A stretch of 64,000 nucleotides of DNA from Azolla caroliniana (taxonomy: Eukaryota > Plantae > Polypodiophyta), in the NCBI GenBank assembly GCA_043228905.1, contig JBHGNT010000011.1:21080001-21144000 (forward strand), read 5' to 3'. Below, one piece after another: positions 1 through 11,808 of this stretch. Numbering within the stretch: position 1 is the first letter of the stretch; each line of letters starts with the position of its first letter. The notes under the pieces were generated by a model, which did no database searches, was not told where the DNA came from, and saw only the letters and a program-made list of their open reading frames with translations. The position numbers were made by a program, and so were the translations under genes.

Positions 1-14
1 ACACATGGGGTTTT

Positions 15-422
15 GTGAGATGGGGAAGGTTGGCTGAAGAAATACAGAATTATGAAAGGGATTGTGTTGAAATTCTTCTCCTCTCTAATGGAAGACATGT
101 GTTGGAGGCCTCTTATACTACACTAATCCATTGTTTGGAAGAAGACAAGGTTTGGTCTACTATATCTTCTTTAGTAGTTTGGATGTTATGGAAGGCAAGA
201 TGTAAGTGTGTATTTCAGAATGTCAAACCGAATGCGGTTGAGTTAGTCAAGGAGATATGGTTGATGCTCCTGCATACTCTAAGAGGTCAATATGAGGCAA
301 TACATGGTGAACATGATGTTGTGTTTCACAAGCAACAACAATTTCGAGAAATTTGGAAAAAGGCAGAGGTCTTCACCTATTTTGGGGACAGAATAAACTG
401 GAGATATGCTCCACCAAGATGA
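15..422 (+). mobile_element. L1-type LINE ORF2 C-terminal remnant
   Basis: The WMLWKARC...KEIWLMLLHTLRGQY...W motif parallels the WALWKYRC...EIWENLLAVVCGQY motif of the L1 fragment at 12215-13030. Confidence 0.65.
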
Positions 423-929
423 CTTTTTCCGCTCCCTGTCTTGGAAAGACCATGCATGACGGTTTCCATTACTAGACATGTCGATTTATGTGGGTTGGAG
501 GGTTGTAATAGATTGTATGGATACTTTGTAGCCTTTGGGCATCTTTTCCATAGTATGAACTATACGTGCATTCACATTCACGAATGTTTCAATCATTCGC
601 ATAAGAAAAACACCTTAAAAGAATGATAAATACCATACTTTTGGATTAACTATTTATTATGAGGTAAATAAACCTAAAAAATGGGAAAAAAACATTTTAA
701 AAATGGGGGAAAAAACAAAAAAAAAACACAATAATTTTTTGAATAACATTCGCATTCGTTTTCTAACATAGGAAAACGAATGTTATGCTAGACAAACACG
801 AATTTTACGTACTATGATCTTTTCATTAATACCATGGTGAATCTTGACTTTAAAACAAAAAAAACAAAAAAAAAAGGAAAAGGGATAAAGATAATACGTT
901 ATTGAGAAATCAAGTCTCAAATTACAAAG

Positions 930-1536
930 CCGATCATGTAACACAATGGAAATTAACTATGAATCCTACAAAGAGAAGCTCAATGAATTAAATAGGAATA
1001 AATAAGTGTTTGTTACCATTGGTTTTACTCTCTCTCCCATGTTTGAATGAGATTCATTAAACAAGTGTCCACATCCTTGGAAAATGTGTGCACATGGTAC
1101 CATTGGAAGCTTATACTTGATGCCACATGTAAATTATATACATTGAAGGGTTATTTTCTTTATCTAGTGTTAGTATGGAATACTTAGCACGATGACATGG
1201 GAGAATCAATCCTTAAGAGCGTGAAGATTGATATACTATGGAGGGGGTAGAACAACATTTTGGCATAACATATCACTCACCTTTGGAGGCTACTAATGTT
1301 ATATGCTACACATCCCACTATTCCCAAGGCATCTCATGCAATATGACTCATCTTTTGTGATCAAAGGTGACTTGTTTGTTTGTTACTACAGTCTCGTCGT
1401 TTTAATAATAGTACCTATCTAATAGAACAACCACACATTTGTGACAATGTGAGACAGGGAATCATAATACTATCAACGAATCTATTCTTATTCTTCGTTT
1501 TTTACAACCTTTCAACCTAGGCAGATACATCTATGG
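930..1536 (+). mobile_element. Degenerate L1 ORF2 fragment (partner of 11809-13030)
   Basis: 1403-1536 aligns with 11809-11942, which runs into the zf-RVT ORF. The left boundary is approximate. Confidence 0.5.
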
Positions 1537-2238
1537 ATGGACGCTATAAGCTTGTTCACGGAGGGTGTTGCTAGATGGCAAACACATGAGAGAGGATATG
1601 GCATCGATGAACTCAGCACGCGTGGGCGAAGGTGGAAGGGGACCTATCCCCATCTCGAGAACGTGCACAAGGCTCCAACAATTGGTGCGTTGGTCAAGCA
1701 ACTGGGGCCAACCAATGATGGGGACACCTAAGGTGATGGTCTCAAGGGTCGAGTTCCAACCGCAATGCATAAGGAAGCCACCGATAGATGGGTGTGAAAG
1801 CACTTGAACTTGGGGTACCCATTTGACCACTTTCCCATAAACGTGTAAACCAACAAGTTGAGCTACAATTTCATTAGTGAGGGTTGCAATACCATGCAAG
1901 ACCCAAAGGAAGGGTTGGCTCGAGTGCAGCATGAGGGCGGCTGCTAATTCTACGGCTTCACGGGGCATAAATTCATATAGGCTGCCCATAGATATGTATA
2001 AAACCAACAAGGGTTTATGAAGGCTCAACCAATCAATGCAATCCATCTCTTCGTCCAAGAGGCTAGTGCTACTAGGACCTCGAGTAGAGGAGTTTGGACA
2101 TGTTGTAGTGTGATTAGTGTTGTGTGGTGGCAAGACTACGAGGGGCCCAATGGGGAAGATATTGGCTTTCATCTCATCGCAGAGTGCCCTGTACACTTGG
2201 CTCTCTAGGTTCGGGAAGGAATTGAAGATCACGCCTAT
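1537..2238 (-). pseudogene. UGT half-gene (C-terminal domain only, also 3'-truncated)
   Basis: Contains the PSPG box WVPQVQVLSHPSIGGFLMHCGWNSTLE...DQ. It has no exon 1, begins abruptly after the 3' flank of the intact gene and is fused to LINE sequence at 1536. Confidence 0.85.
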
Positions 2239-2550
2239 TTGTTTTTTACCAATGAGGTGTCAATTGCAATTGTTAACTACTAGTATATTTAGTACACATG
2301 CATTTTAGATGACAATTGGTCAACATAAACATCACGATTAGACATATGGAATCGTGTTAATATGTTACTCGTTGATTGCAACAAGTGAAATACATATGTA
2401 ACATTTGAACACCAATACTTGTGCATCAACAACTCTTGCAAGGTTAAAATGCATGTAGCCTTTTCAACACCTTGTAGATACAAGCACATAAATACAAAAC
2501 ACTAGTGACACATGCATTGACATTATTGCAATTTGCAATCAAGAAATCAA

Positions 2551-4439
2551 TCAAATAGGGCTTATTTGCAAGTCGTGATTTGGTGTTGTGATATTAGATA
2601 TTGTTTCTAGAAATGATTGGAGGCCAAACAAGGATGAGGGACAAATTGCACAAACGCTAGAAGCTCGTTCACGGAGGGTGTTGCTAGATGGCAAGCACAT
2701 GAGAGAGGATATGGCATCGTCGAACTCAGCACGCGTGGGCGAAGGTGGAAGGGGACCTATCCCCATCTCGAGAACGTGCACAAGGCTCCAACAATTGGTG
2801 CGTTGGTCAAGCAACTGGGGCCAACCAATGATGGGGACACCTGAGGTGATGGTCTCAAGGGTCGAGTTCCACCCGCAATGCGTAAGGAAGCCACCGATAG
2901 ATGGGTGCGAAAGCACTTGAACTTGGGGTGCCCACTTGACCACTTTCCCATCAACGTGTGACCCAACAAGCTGAGCTACAATTTCATCAGCGAGGGTTGC
3001 AGTGCCACGCAAGACCCAAAGGAAGGGTTGGCTCGGGCGCAACAGGAGGGCGGCTGCTAATTCTAAGGCTTCACGGGGTGTAAATTCATATAGGCTACCC
3101 ATAGATATGTATAAAACCGACGAGGGTTTATGAAGGCTCAACCAATCAATGCAATCCATCTCTTCGTCCAAGAGGCTAGAGCAACTAGGACCTGGGGTGG
3201 AGGAGTGTGGACATGGTGTAGTGTGATTAGTGTTGCGTGGTGGCTGGACTACGAGGGGCCCAATGGGGAAGATATTGGCTTTCATCTCATCGCAGAGTGC
3301 CCTGTACACCTGGGTCTCTAGGTCCGGGAAGGAATTGAAGACCACGCCTAGGGTTTCATCCAAGACCTCCATCTGTTTGGACACGTGGAATCTCATCCAC
3401 TCAGCGCTCCTCTCACCGTCTGGCGTGTGGAAGGGCAGATCCGAGCCGCGCAGCTCTGCTATTCCAGGGATGCAATCCCGGATCCTTATCTGCTCTCTCT
3501 TTGGTCCGGTATAGACTGCATAGCAATCCATAAACGCTTATTACTACGTATTTGATTATTGATATACATAAATGAAGTGCAATGAGTGTGTTCACGATTG
3601 GTAATGGTTTGATTACCCTCTTCGGAGAAAGGATCCACAGGAGCAATGTGGGCGGTGATCTTGCTGTAGCTGTAGGCACATGCAAAGGTGGCCATGGAAT
3701 TCGGCCAGAATGCGAAGCGCGGGATCTCGTATTTCCGAGCCAAACCATGGGACCACACAAGGAACGAGTCGGAGATGATGCATGTGATGTAGTCGAAGGG
3801 AGGAAAGTCGATCGCATTGCCTCCCGAATCAATATTAGAGGCGATTCGATCGAACCCGGAACCATCCTTAGGGTTACTAGGATCATCGGTGCTTGGATTG
3901 ATGATAATAGATGGAGGAGGAGTACTAGGGCGGCGGAGAATTGTGGCGAGAAGGAGGTCAAAGGAAGTAGGGAGCGCGGTGTCGATGGACATGATGACAT
4001 CGAAATCCATGGGATCCCGGTTATGAGACGGCGGGAGGCCATCGGAGATACCCACCAGGAAAATCCGGTCATTTTCCGATGTCTTCTTCAGTGAGTCGGG
4101 CGAGGCCCCGGCCACATCCTTGCCCACGTTCTTAACATGATGATCCTTCGCATTATTAGAGATGATGCAAGCCCTCTTTGTCCTCTGCAAGCGTGACACA
4201 TTGAATTCAGTCGTCACGAACGTGACAAAGACTCCGGACGACGCTAAGAGAGTGGCCATTCTTAGGAGCGGAGTTATGTGGCCTTGCAGTGGGTAGGCCA
4301 ACATGACCACATGCGGCACCACCCCATGGCTATAGCCAGATTTGTGAACAGAGCTATTATAATCACTGGCTTCCACTGTAATTGCAGATCCAACCATTCT
4401 TGCCGGGCCTGACGACTTTATGTCTTCTTCGCTAACCAT
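2551..4439 (-). CDS. UDP-glycosyltransferase (GT1 family), copy 1, 595 aa; exons 4439-3617 and 3515-2551
   Basis: PHVVMLAYPLQGHITP (catalytic His), CIISDSF (Asp) and PSPG box WAPQVQVLSHPSIGGFLTHCGWNSTLETITSGVPIIGWPQLLDQ. A 101-bp phase-1 GT-AG intron (3616-3516) joins the two ORFs in frame. Confidence 0.93.
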
Positions 4440-4934
4440 AGCTTGTGCTCCGTTTTACCTACCAAAAATCTGCCCTTGGAATCTTCAGCTTGTTATAAGA
4501 GATGGCCCAATAAATTTAGGGTTTGTGAATTTATGTTAAGCAGCTGTCCGGAGATGATTGTAAATGACCTCGTCTCGCAATAATAATTGAGGAAATCTCT
4601 ACCTGATTATCTCATCTCTTCTTCTTCTCTACACTCACTCTCTCTTCTTGAGGCAAGGAATTTGAGGACCGGTCCCTAACCTCGTTTTCATGCTTGATTC
4701 ATGGTAGTTGTAAATGATCACCTTGTCTTTTACTTATATGGATAAACTAATGAATAAGTTGTTACTTCGTTTTATTATTAAAAGAATATTTGTAAATGCA
4801 TCGTAGAGTGACCCTCATATGAAAACTTGACAATTGTAAATAAATAAATAAATAAATACTTGACAATTGAGGAACCCCTTTCCATTAAAATAACTTAATA
4901 GTGCATAATACATATGATGACCTCTACAGGTATT

Positions 4935-5045
4935 ATAACCTATCCTCTTCATGACGTATCAATGTCTTCTAAAGGTATAGCCTACCCTCTTCATGACGTA
5001 TCAATGTCTTCTAATGGTATAACCTACCCTCTTCATGGTGTATCC
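4935..5045. repeat. 42-bp tandem repeat (~3 units) containing TGACGT, upstream of UGT copy 1
   Basis: The unit acctaccctcttcatgacgtatcaatgtcttctaa(a/t)ggtat repeats at period 42 (4951, 4993, 5035). Copy 2 has about 2 units. Confidence 0.8.
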
Positions 5046-5100
5046 AAGTCTTCATGACACATCGATGAAGCTACGTATTTGCTTTGATTACTCATTGCGT

Positions 5101-7874
5101 TGTCGTGAACAAAACCGGCCATAGGCGGAATCGGAGAAGAAAGTGCATGAACCGGCTCTTACACGGATGGACGCGTGACTTGATGTTTTGTACCCAATTC
5201 ATAAATGGATCGATGGGTGAAAAATACTAGGAGGGACAGGAAATAAAGGGAGGAGGACAAGAGAAAACCGGGATCACGCGCGAGGAGGAAGGAAGCACTG
5301 CTGTAGAACGGAGGGCCGAGCTCTCTCTCTTCTACTCGAATCGTCGCTCTCTACGGGTGTCGAGAGGTCGTTGCCTCTGCTCCTTGGACAGCCTGTGGGC
5401 TTCCAGCAGACTCGCTCCCTTTCCCCTTTTGTTTCTTCGAGTCGTGTGACTGTTGTCGGTGTGCGTGAGTAGGGTCCCCGTGTCGGGTCTGTCGCCGCCT
5501 TGTCGGTTGTAACTGTGGGAGTTTGTAATCTCTTGTCATTATAATTACGTGTTACGTTCTATCTCTCTCTTTCTCGCTTCTACGTGTCGGTGAATCTCTC
5601 TCTCTGTCTCTCTCTCTCTCTCTCTCCTCGGTCTAAGACCCTCGTGGTCCCGCCCCTTTCTACACGTACGCGCATAACAACGCGACATCATTGGTGAACC
5701 CGACGTGAAAGGGCGGCAAAGGAGTCGAAAGATGAGGGGATCGGAGCTAGCAGAGGCAATGGCGGTGGCCGTCGACCGGCTGGTGAGCGCTCGTGAGGGA
5801 ACGGGTACCCTCGACAAAGCCATTGAATCGATTGTCGGCTCTATAGGCCGTTTCGAAGGGAAAGACGCCACAAGTTATTTGGAGGCTTACCGAGCCGAAA
5901 TGATCATGAGGGATATCCCGGTGGACAGGGGGCTGTCCGGATTCCCTCGGGTGGTGACGTCGGGCATCCATGCGGAGGTGCTCGAGGTGTTGGCCGGATG
6001 CCAAACTTGGGAAGAGTTCGAGCTGCTGCAGCTCCTCGAGAAGTACGGGTTTGACGACTCGCTCCGATTGTCGAGGCGGACTTCATGGCGTGGGTGGAAA
6101 GCCCCGGAAAAGGGAGGAACACATCGGTGCTCCTCCAGGAGTTCGAAAAACGATTCGCGCGGCTGTCGACGCTGGACCGGACGGTGCTCGAAACAAGTCG
6201 AGTACTACTGTTTGTCAAGTCGGTGGATGCGCTTGATAGGGAAAAGGTGGGCCCCCTATTGCGAAATGGACGAAGGGCTCACAACGGACTGGGCCATGGT
6301 AAAACGGGTCTTCATCCGTTTCGACAAACGACGCGATTGGAGCGACGGAAGCACGTCGGGGTCGGGGCCGGTCCCGAGGAGGAGGCTCGAGGAGCCGGTT
6401 TCGGTGCCGGTTGGGAGGAAGGAAGAGACCCGAATCTGGCCGGAGTCGGGGTCGTCATCGAACGACGTGGTCAGAGGCCTATCCGGAGGAGCGGCTCTGG
6501 AGGAGCTAACACAGATGGTGCGCGACTTGCAGATTGCACAGGCCTGGAGGGACAACGGTGAACAACCTCGCGACCGCAGGCCGCCGGCTGGGCAGCGGTG
6601 CATGTGGTGTGACACGATCGATCACATTCGGAAGGATTGCGAGTATTTCGCCGACGCGCTCAGGACCAACGTGGTGTACCTCTGGAACGGGAGGGTGCAC
6701 GCGAGCGAGACCCGGAGAGCCCTAGAACTGAATACGGGGCGCGGCGGAATGAAGAGGTTGATGGAAGAGGCCGCGGCATGGCACGTCGAAGCCGTCAACT
6801 ACTCAGTGTAAGCGGGAATTCGGGTCGGGGGTGATGAGACCCGGAAGGCGAAGGACTCCGGATTCTGGCCGCTAGTGCTAGAAGGCCTCTTCGGAGTTCG
6901 GCTGAGGAAGGAAGAGGCGGACCGCGCGGAACAGCGGGTCTAGGAGGTCACCGGTTGGGACGATCCGGTCGAAGAGAAAACGGGCTTCGTAGAAGCCGCT
7001 TGCCAGAACTACGAGGTTTTGGTGGAGGACAAATGGGAAGGAAAGGCCGGAGGGATCGGCCCCTTGAGGTATGAAACCCGGTTCGGACCGAAACCGACCG
7101 GTGCCGCCAACCCAGGCGCGCCGGACGGAAAGAAGCAGGCGGGGTTTCGGCTGAGCACCGAGATCGAAAGGACCACAGACTTGCGAAAGGTCCTGGAGGA
7201 ACGTATCCTCGACAACAAAGTGGAGCTATCATTGCGGGAGGTGCTGGGAATCGCCAAGAGGGAGTTCCACGACTCTATTGACGGAGACTTGGTGAAGCGC
7301 AAGAGGGTCTCGACGGAGCTGGAACCGGAGAAGCCGGTGGAGGTGCGGACCACGCACCTGGAAGACGAAGCCCTGGAAGGAAAAGCTCCGAGCGGCAAGG
7401 GAGCGGAACAAGACCTGGTTCAACCGGACGCACCGGTTATGACCAAAGAAGATCGAGGAAGGCGACTGGGTCTTGGTATACGACAACAACCTCGACAATC
7501 AGCACAAGGCGGTGCGAAAGTTTGCCAGGAGGTGGTTCGGGCCCTACATGGTGACGAGCGCGAACGACAACGGCACATACCACCTTGCGGAACTCGACGA
7601 GACACAGTTAGCAGTGCCGGTGGCCGAGAAGCGTATCAAAGCGTTCAAAAAGCGGTTCGAAGACGAGCCGGAGCCTGCGAGCGGGAGCGACAACGACGAT
7701 CAGTTCGGACCCGGCAGAGAATCGGAGAGCAACGAGTGAGGCCGGTTTTCTTCGGTATCTACCCGTCTCTGGCACATGCCGGTGGATGCGCGGTTTGGTG
7801 GGGGTGGATGTCGTGAAGAAAATCGGCCATAGGCGGAATCGGAGAAGAAAGCGCATGAACCGGCTCTTACACGG
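5101..7874 (+). mobile_element. Ty3/Gypsy LTR retrotransposon, internally deleted (5' LTR 5101-5687, gag, integrase tail, PPT, start of 3' LTR at 7809)
   Basis: LTR termini TGTCGTG...CGCGACA, followed by a PBS. Gag has the CMWCDTIDHIRKDC zinc knuckle. Integrase GPY/F motif WFGPYMV. G-rich PPT at ~7795-7808. The first ~65 bp of the 3' LTR match the 5' LTR. Confidence 0.9.
5692..5709 (+). promoter_or_regulatory. Primer-binding site complementary to tRNA-Trp
   Basis: TGGTGAACCCGACGTGAA is the reverse complement of the plant cytosolic tRNA-Trp 3' end TTCACGTCGGGTTCACCA (recalled from memory). It lies 4 nt after the LTR end. Confidence 0.85.
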
Positions 7875-10800
7875 TGTCGCGTTACTACGCGCGTGTGTGG
7901 AGGAACGAGGCAGGACCACCGGGGTCTTGAACCAAAGAGCAGGTGATTGAAGGGGAAAGAGAAAGAAAGAGACGCTTGGTTACGTATGAGCAAAGAAACT
8001 CAGGGACACGACCCTGTCAACGCAAAAGACACGAATGGACACAGAGACAGAGAGACACGAATGTTTGTATATTAATGAATGACAAATAAACAACAGAGCA
8101 CGCGAGCGGTTACAACTGAACAGGCCGGCGAACAGATGCCGATGCATGCTCGTCTGCGCACGAAAGGGGATAGGATGGAGGAGCTGCCGGAAGCACACGG
8201 GCGTTCCTCGAAGCAGCGCGAGCTTCCCGAAAACCTGCAGAGAAGACCGATGGAGAACGAATAGAGGAGAAGCGTTCGGTTTCGGTCCGACAGCACTTCG
8301 TCCCCCTCAATAATGTATATCCTTATCTCCCCGCGTCTCCCTCTCTTTTATAGCTTCAAGAAGGGAGCCGTTTCCCTCATTAACTCCCTACCTACCGAAT
8401 CTAACTACCTAGGATATGCCCTTGTACCTAATTCTCTACTATACACATTAAAGGGCGCGCACGCGTGAAGAGCCGGTTCACGCGCGCTATGCACCGATTG
8501 CGTTAAGGGACGGTTTTCTTCACGACATCCGCCCCCACCTAACCGCGCATCCACCAGTATGCGCCAAAATTGGGTTCTGTTTGGAGAAAACCGGTCCGGG
8601 TTCCGGTTCCTCGTCCATTGGTTCGTCCTCCGTTCCGGACTGTTCGTCGTCGTTGTCTAGGCCTCTTAGATCCAGTTCGCCGTCGTGGCGCTTCTTGAAC
8701 GCTTTGATCCGCTTCCCTGCTACCGGTATCGCCATCCTCGTACCGTCGAGTTCCGCCAGGTGATACGTCCCGTTGTCGTTGGCACTCGTTACCACGTAAG
8801 GCCCGAACCACCGCTTTGCAAACTTCCGTGTTGCCCGGTGCTGGTTGTCGAGGCTGCTATCGTAGACTAGCACCCACATGCCTTCCTCGATTTTCTTTGG
8901 TCGGAGCCGGTGCGTTCGGTCGAACCGGGCTTTGTTCCTCATCCTCGCCGTCCGAAGTCTCTCCGCCGCTCGTTCCACGTCCTCTGGCCTCCGCTCGAGC
9001 TGCCGTATACGCGCCGCTAGCAGTTCTTCCCGGCTCATCTCGACTCTCCAGTCCACTGTCGCCCAAGAGGAGATCGTCCGTTCCATCGGCATGATCGGCT
9101 TCTGTCCGAACATGAGCTCTGACGGCATGAACCCGGTTATCGAACTGTGCGTTGTCCGGTCCGCCCACAAGGCATAAGGTAACCGTCGCGGCCAGTTCCC
9201 GACCTGGCCTCTGCACGCCCGGACTAGCGCTTTGACGATCGGTCCGTGTCCGCGCTCCACCTTCCCGTTCGCCTCCGGATTGTACGCTGTGGTGAGCGAG
9301 AGCTTGACACCTAACCGTTCGAACAGCTCCTCGGCCTCTTCCGCGTCCAACTCCCCGTGGTCAGCCACGATCTTCCCGACACACCTTTACCGGCATATCA
9401 CGTCCTCGATCAGGAACCGACACACAGCCGCGGTCGTTTTGTTCTGCAGGGCTCAGCCTTCCACTTGGTTCATCAGGTCCTCCCGGGCCAGCACCAGATA
9501 TCGCATCTGCCCTACGCCCATCGGCATCGTCACCAAATCTACCATCCATTTGAAGTGGATGGTCGGAGGGTATGTAGGGTGAAGCTCGTCTCGATGTCGG
9601 ACTATGGAGTGTATCTGACAGCTCTCACAAGTTGTCACGAACCGATGCATGTCCCGGTACAGTCCCGGCCACCAGTACTTCCCCTTTAGTTTCTCGAACG
9701 TGGCCCACGTCCCACGGTGTCCAGCCCAAGGGCTGTCGTGGTAGGCCTTCAGCAACTCCTCCTGTTCCTCCTCCATCGCCACTACTCGGAGCGGGATGCC
9801 GTTTCTCTTTTTCGGGTGCTTCCACAAGTATCTGTCCCAGAGAAAGAACTAGTACGCTTTCTTCCGGATCCGGTTGGCCTCGTCCTTTGTCCATGACGCG
9901 TTCGGCGTCATCGTCCTTAAGAATCCCCTAATCTACAGCCACTCCCCGTCGTACTTGCTCTCGTTGAAATCGTTAAGCGCCGGAGTGCTCCCCCCCTCGG
10001 TTGTTACGTAAGCCGCCTCGAAGAAGTCCACGCCGACTTCCTCGTCCTCCGAAACCATGCATGCCGCCCTCGTCGTCGAATCGCGCCCTCGAAAGCATGT
10101 CGGCCATGGCATTGTCTTTCTCGGAAATGTGTCGTATTTCTGGATCCAGGGACTTGATGTACACTATCCACCTGAGCATTGCCAGGTCCGGGGTTGCGCA
10201 TCCGGAAACCATGCCGAGAATCGGCAGGCAATCCGTCTCGATAATCACCTCTGTCCCGATCAGATAGTCTTTATTGGCCTTCACCGCCGAAACGATACCC
10301 TAGAGTTCGCGTTTAACCTGGGCGTATCCTCGCTGCTGCTCGTTGAGGACCTTCGCGCCGAACCGGATTGGGAACCGAATGCCGTCCTCATCTTCTTGGT
10401 TGACAACCCATCCGATCCCGGTCGGACTTGTATCTACCGTTATGTAGATGGGAGTGCCTTTCTCGTAGACAGCCTTCCGGAGTTACTCCACCCGGTTACC
10501 TCCTGGACCCGCTTCTCCGCGCGGTCCGCCTCATCTTTCCTTAGTCCGCAAGGCGAACACCGACGCCTGTTCACTCACACACACACAGAAGAGCGAGATG
10601 GAGACTCTGTCGGAAGCACACGGGCGTTCCACGGAGCAGAGTCAGCCTCCCGAAAACCTGCGCAAAAATGGCTATGGAGAGTGGCAGAGGAGAAGGGCTC
10701 GGTCCCAGTCCGGCAGCACTTCGTCCTCTCTAACACGTGATCCCTTTTCCCATTCCTCTCCCTCTCTTTTATAGCCCAAGGAGGGAGGCCGTTATCATCC

Positions 10801-11001
10801 GTTACATCATATTAATTCTTTGTCCTTTCGGACATAGACACACCTCGATTCGTTCCCTATTGAATGCATGCTACCTAGGATTTCCTCTCAGCCGACTTGT
10901 ACCTACCTACTTACTATACAACGAAAAGTGTGCTCGCGTGTAAGGGCCAGTTTACACACGCTAAGCTCGGTTTCCGCCTAGGGACGGTTTTCTTCACAAC
11001 A
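7875..11001 (-). mobile_element. Second Gypsy of the same family, inverted and chimeric (3' LTR 7875-8527, integrase ~8520-9900, RNase H ~9970-10480, partial LTR ~10549-11001)
   Basis: Integrase motifs H..PWAGHRG...CESCQ, DHGE, YNPEANGKVERGH and WFGPYVV. RNase H motif IETDCLPI...NAMADMLSR. LTR ends TGTCGTG/TGTTGTG on the minus strand. Contains stops and frameshifts. Confidence 0.9.
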
Positions 11002-11808
11002 ACGTTTCTTCTTCCGGCAATCATCTTCGTAATGGTCGGGTTTTCGGCAATACCCGCACTCGACTGGGTTTCGCGATTGCTCGGTCCGACGTTATGGCTC
11101 CTCCTTCTGCCGAACTCTCTGGGACCATTTCTATCCGTTTTCCATTGGTGAGAGTTACGCTCTTGATTTTGCCGATCATTATGACCTCATCCGAAGCGAC
11201 CTTTGTGACCTCGGCCGAAATTCCTTCTATCATCTGATTGGGAGTAGAGCATATGACCATCTGGTGCGTTGCTCCTCTGTCGGGCGTGATTCTCTTTGAC
11301 CAGCAAAATCGACTAAAGGTCGAAGAAGGAGGGAAGGTTCTCCCTTGTGAGAATAGCCGATCTAATCGCGTCGAAACGCGGTGTTAAGCCTTTGAGGCAT
11401 ATCTGCACCAGTTCGTCATCTTCAATGACGACGTTGATCGATCTGAGGGCATCGCATAGCTCCATGATCTTCAAGGTATAGCTTGAGATTGACATGTCCC
11501 TCTGTTGGATGCTATTCAATTCCTGACAAAGCTAGAGCTTGCGTGCGGCCGTGTTGGTTGCAATGCAGCGGAAGGTGAACGTATGTGTGTGTATGTGTAA
11601 CAGCAGAGAGAGAGAGAGAGAGATAAACAAAAGTGTATATGATATTAACAAAATGAAATACATCCAATAGTGACTAAGTTACGATAAATTGGTTTATATA
11701 CCAACTAAGCTAGGGCAAGCGCCCTTTCTACTATTTACAAAACTAGCATAGAATGTCCACGAGCTAGTGTGAAACCTATCTATGGGAAGTTGAGTTAGAT
11801 TCTCAACA
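11002..11808 (-). mobile_element. Ty1/Copia fragment: gag (UBN2-like) and partial LTR starting TGTTGAGA at 11808
   Basis: ORF ...MSISSYTLKIMELCDALRSINVVIEDDELVQICLKGL... is Copia gag-like. The TG start at 11808 abuts LINE sequence that is uninterrupted at ~1402. Confidence 0.75.

Noticed and set aside
3413-4094. Alternative-frame and antisense ORFs of 170-219 aa over UGT exon 1
   Set aside because: No recognisable domain. Their conservation in copy 2 merely reflects DNA identity.
7875-11001. Intact minus-strand LTR element
   Set aside because: The LTRs are diverged, there is no TSD, and gag/RT are missing.
5351-11260. Many overlapping ORFs on both strands
   Set aside because: Shadow frames of GC-rich retrotransposon DNA with no independent motifs.
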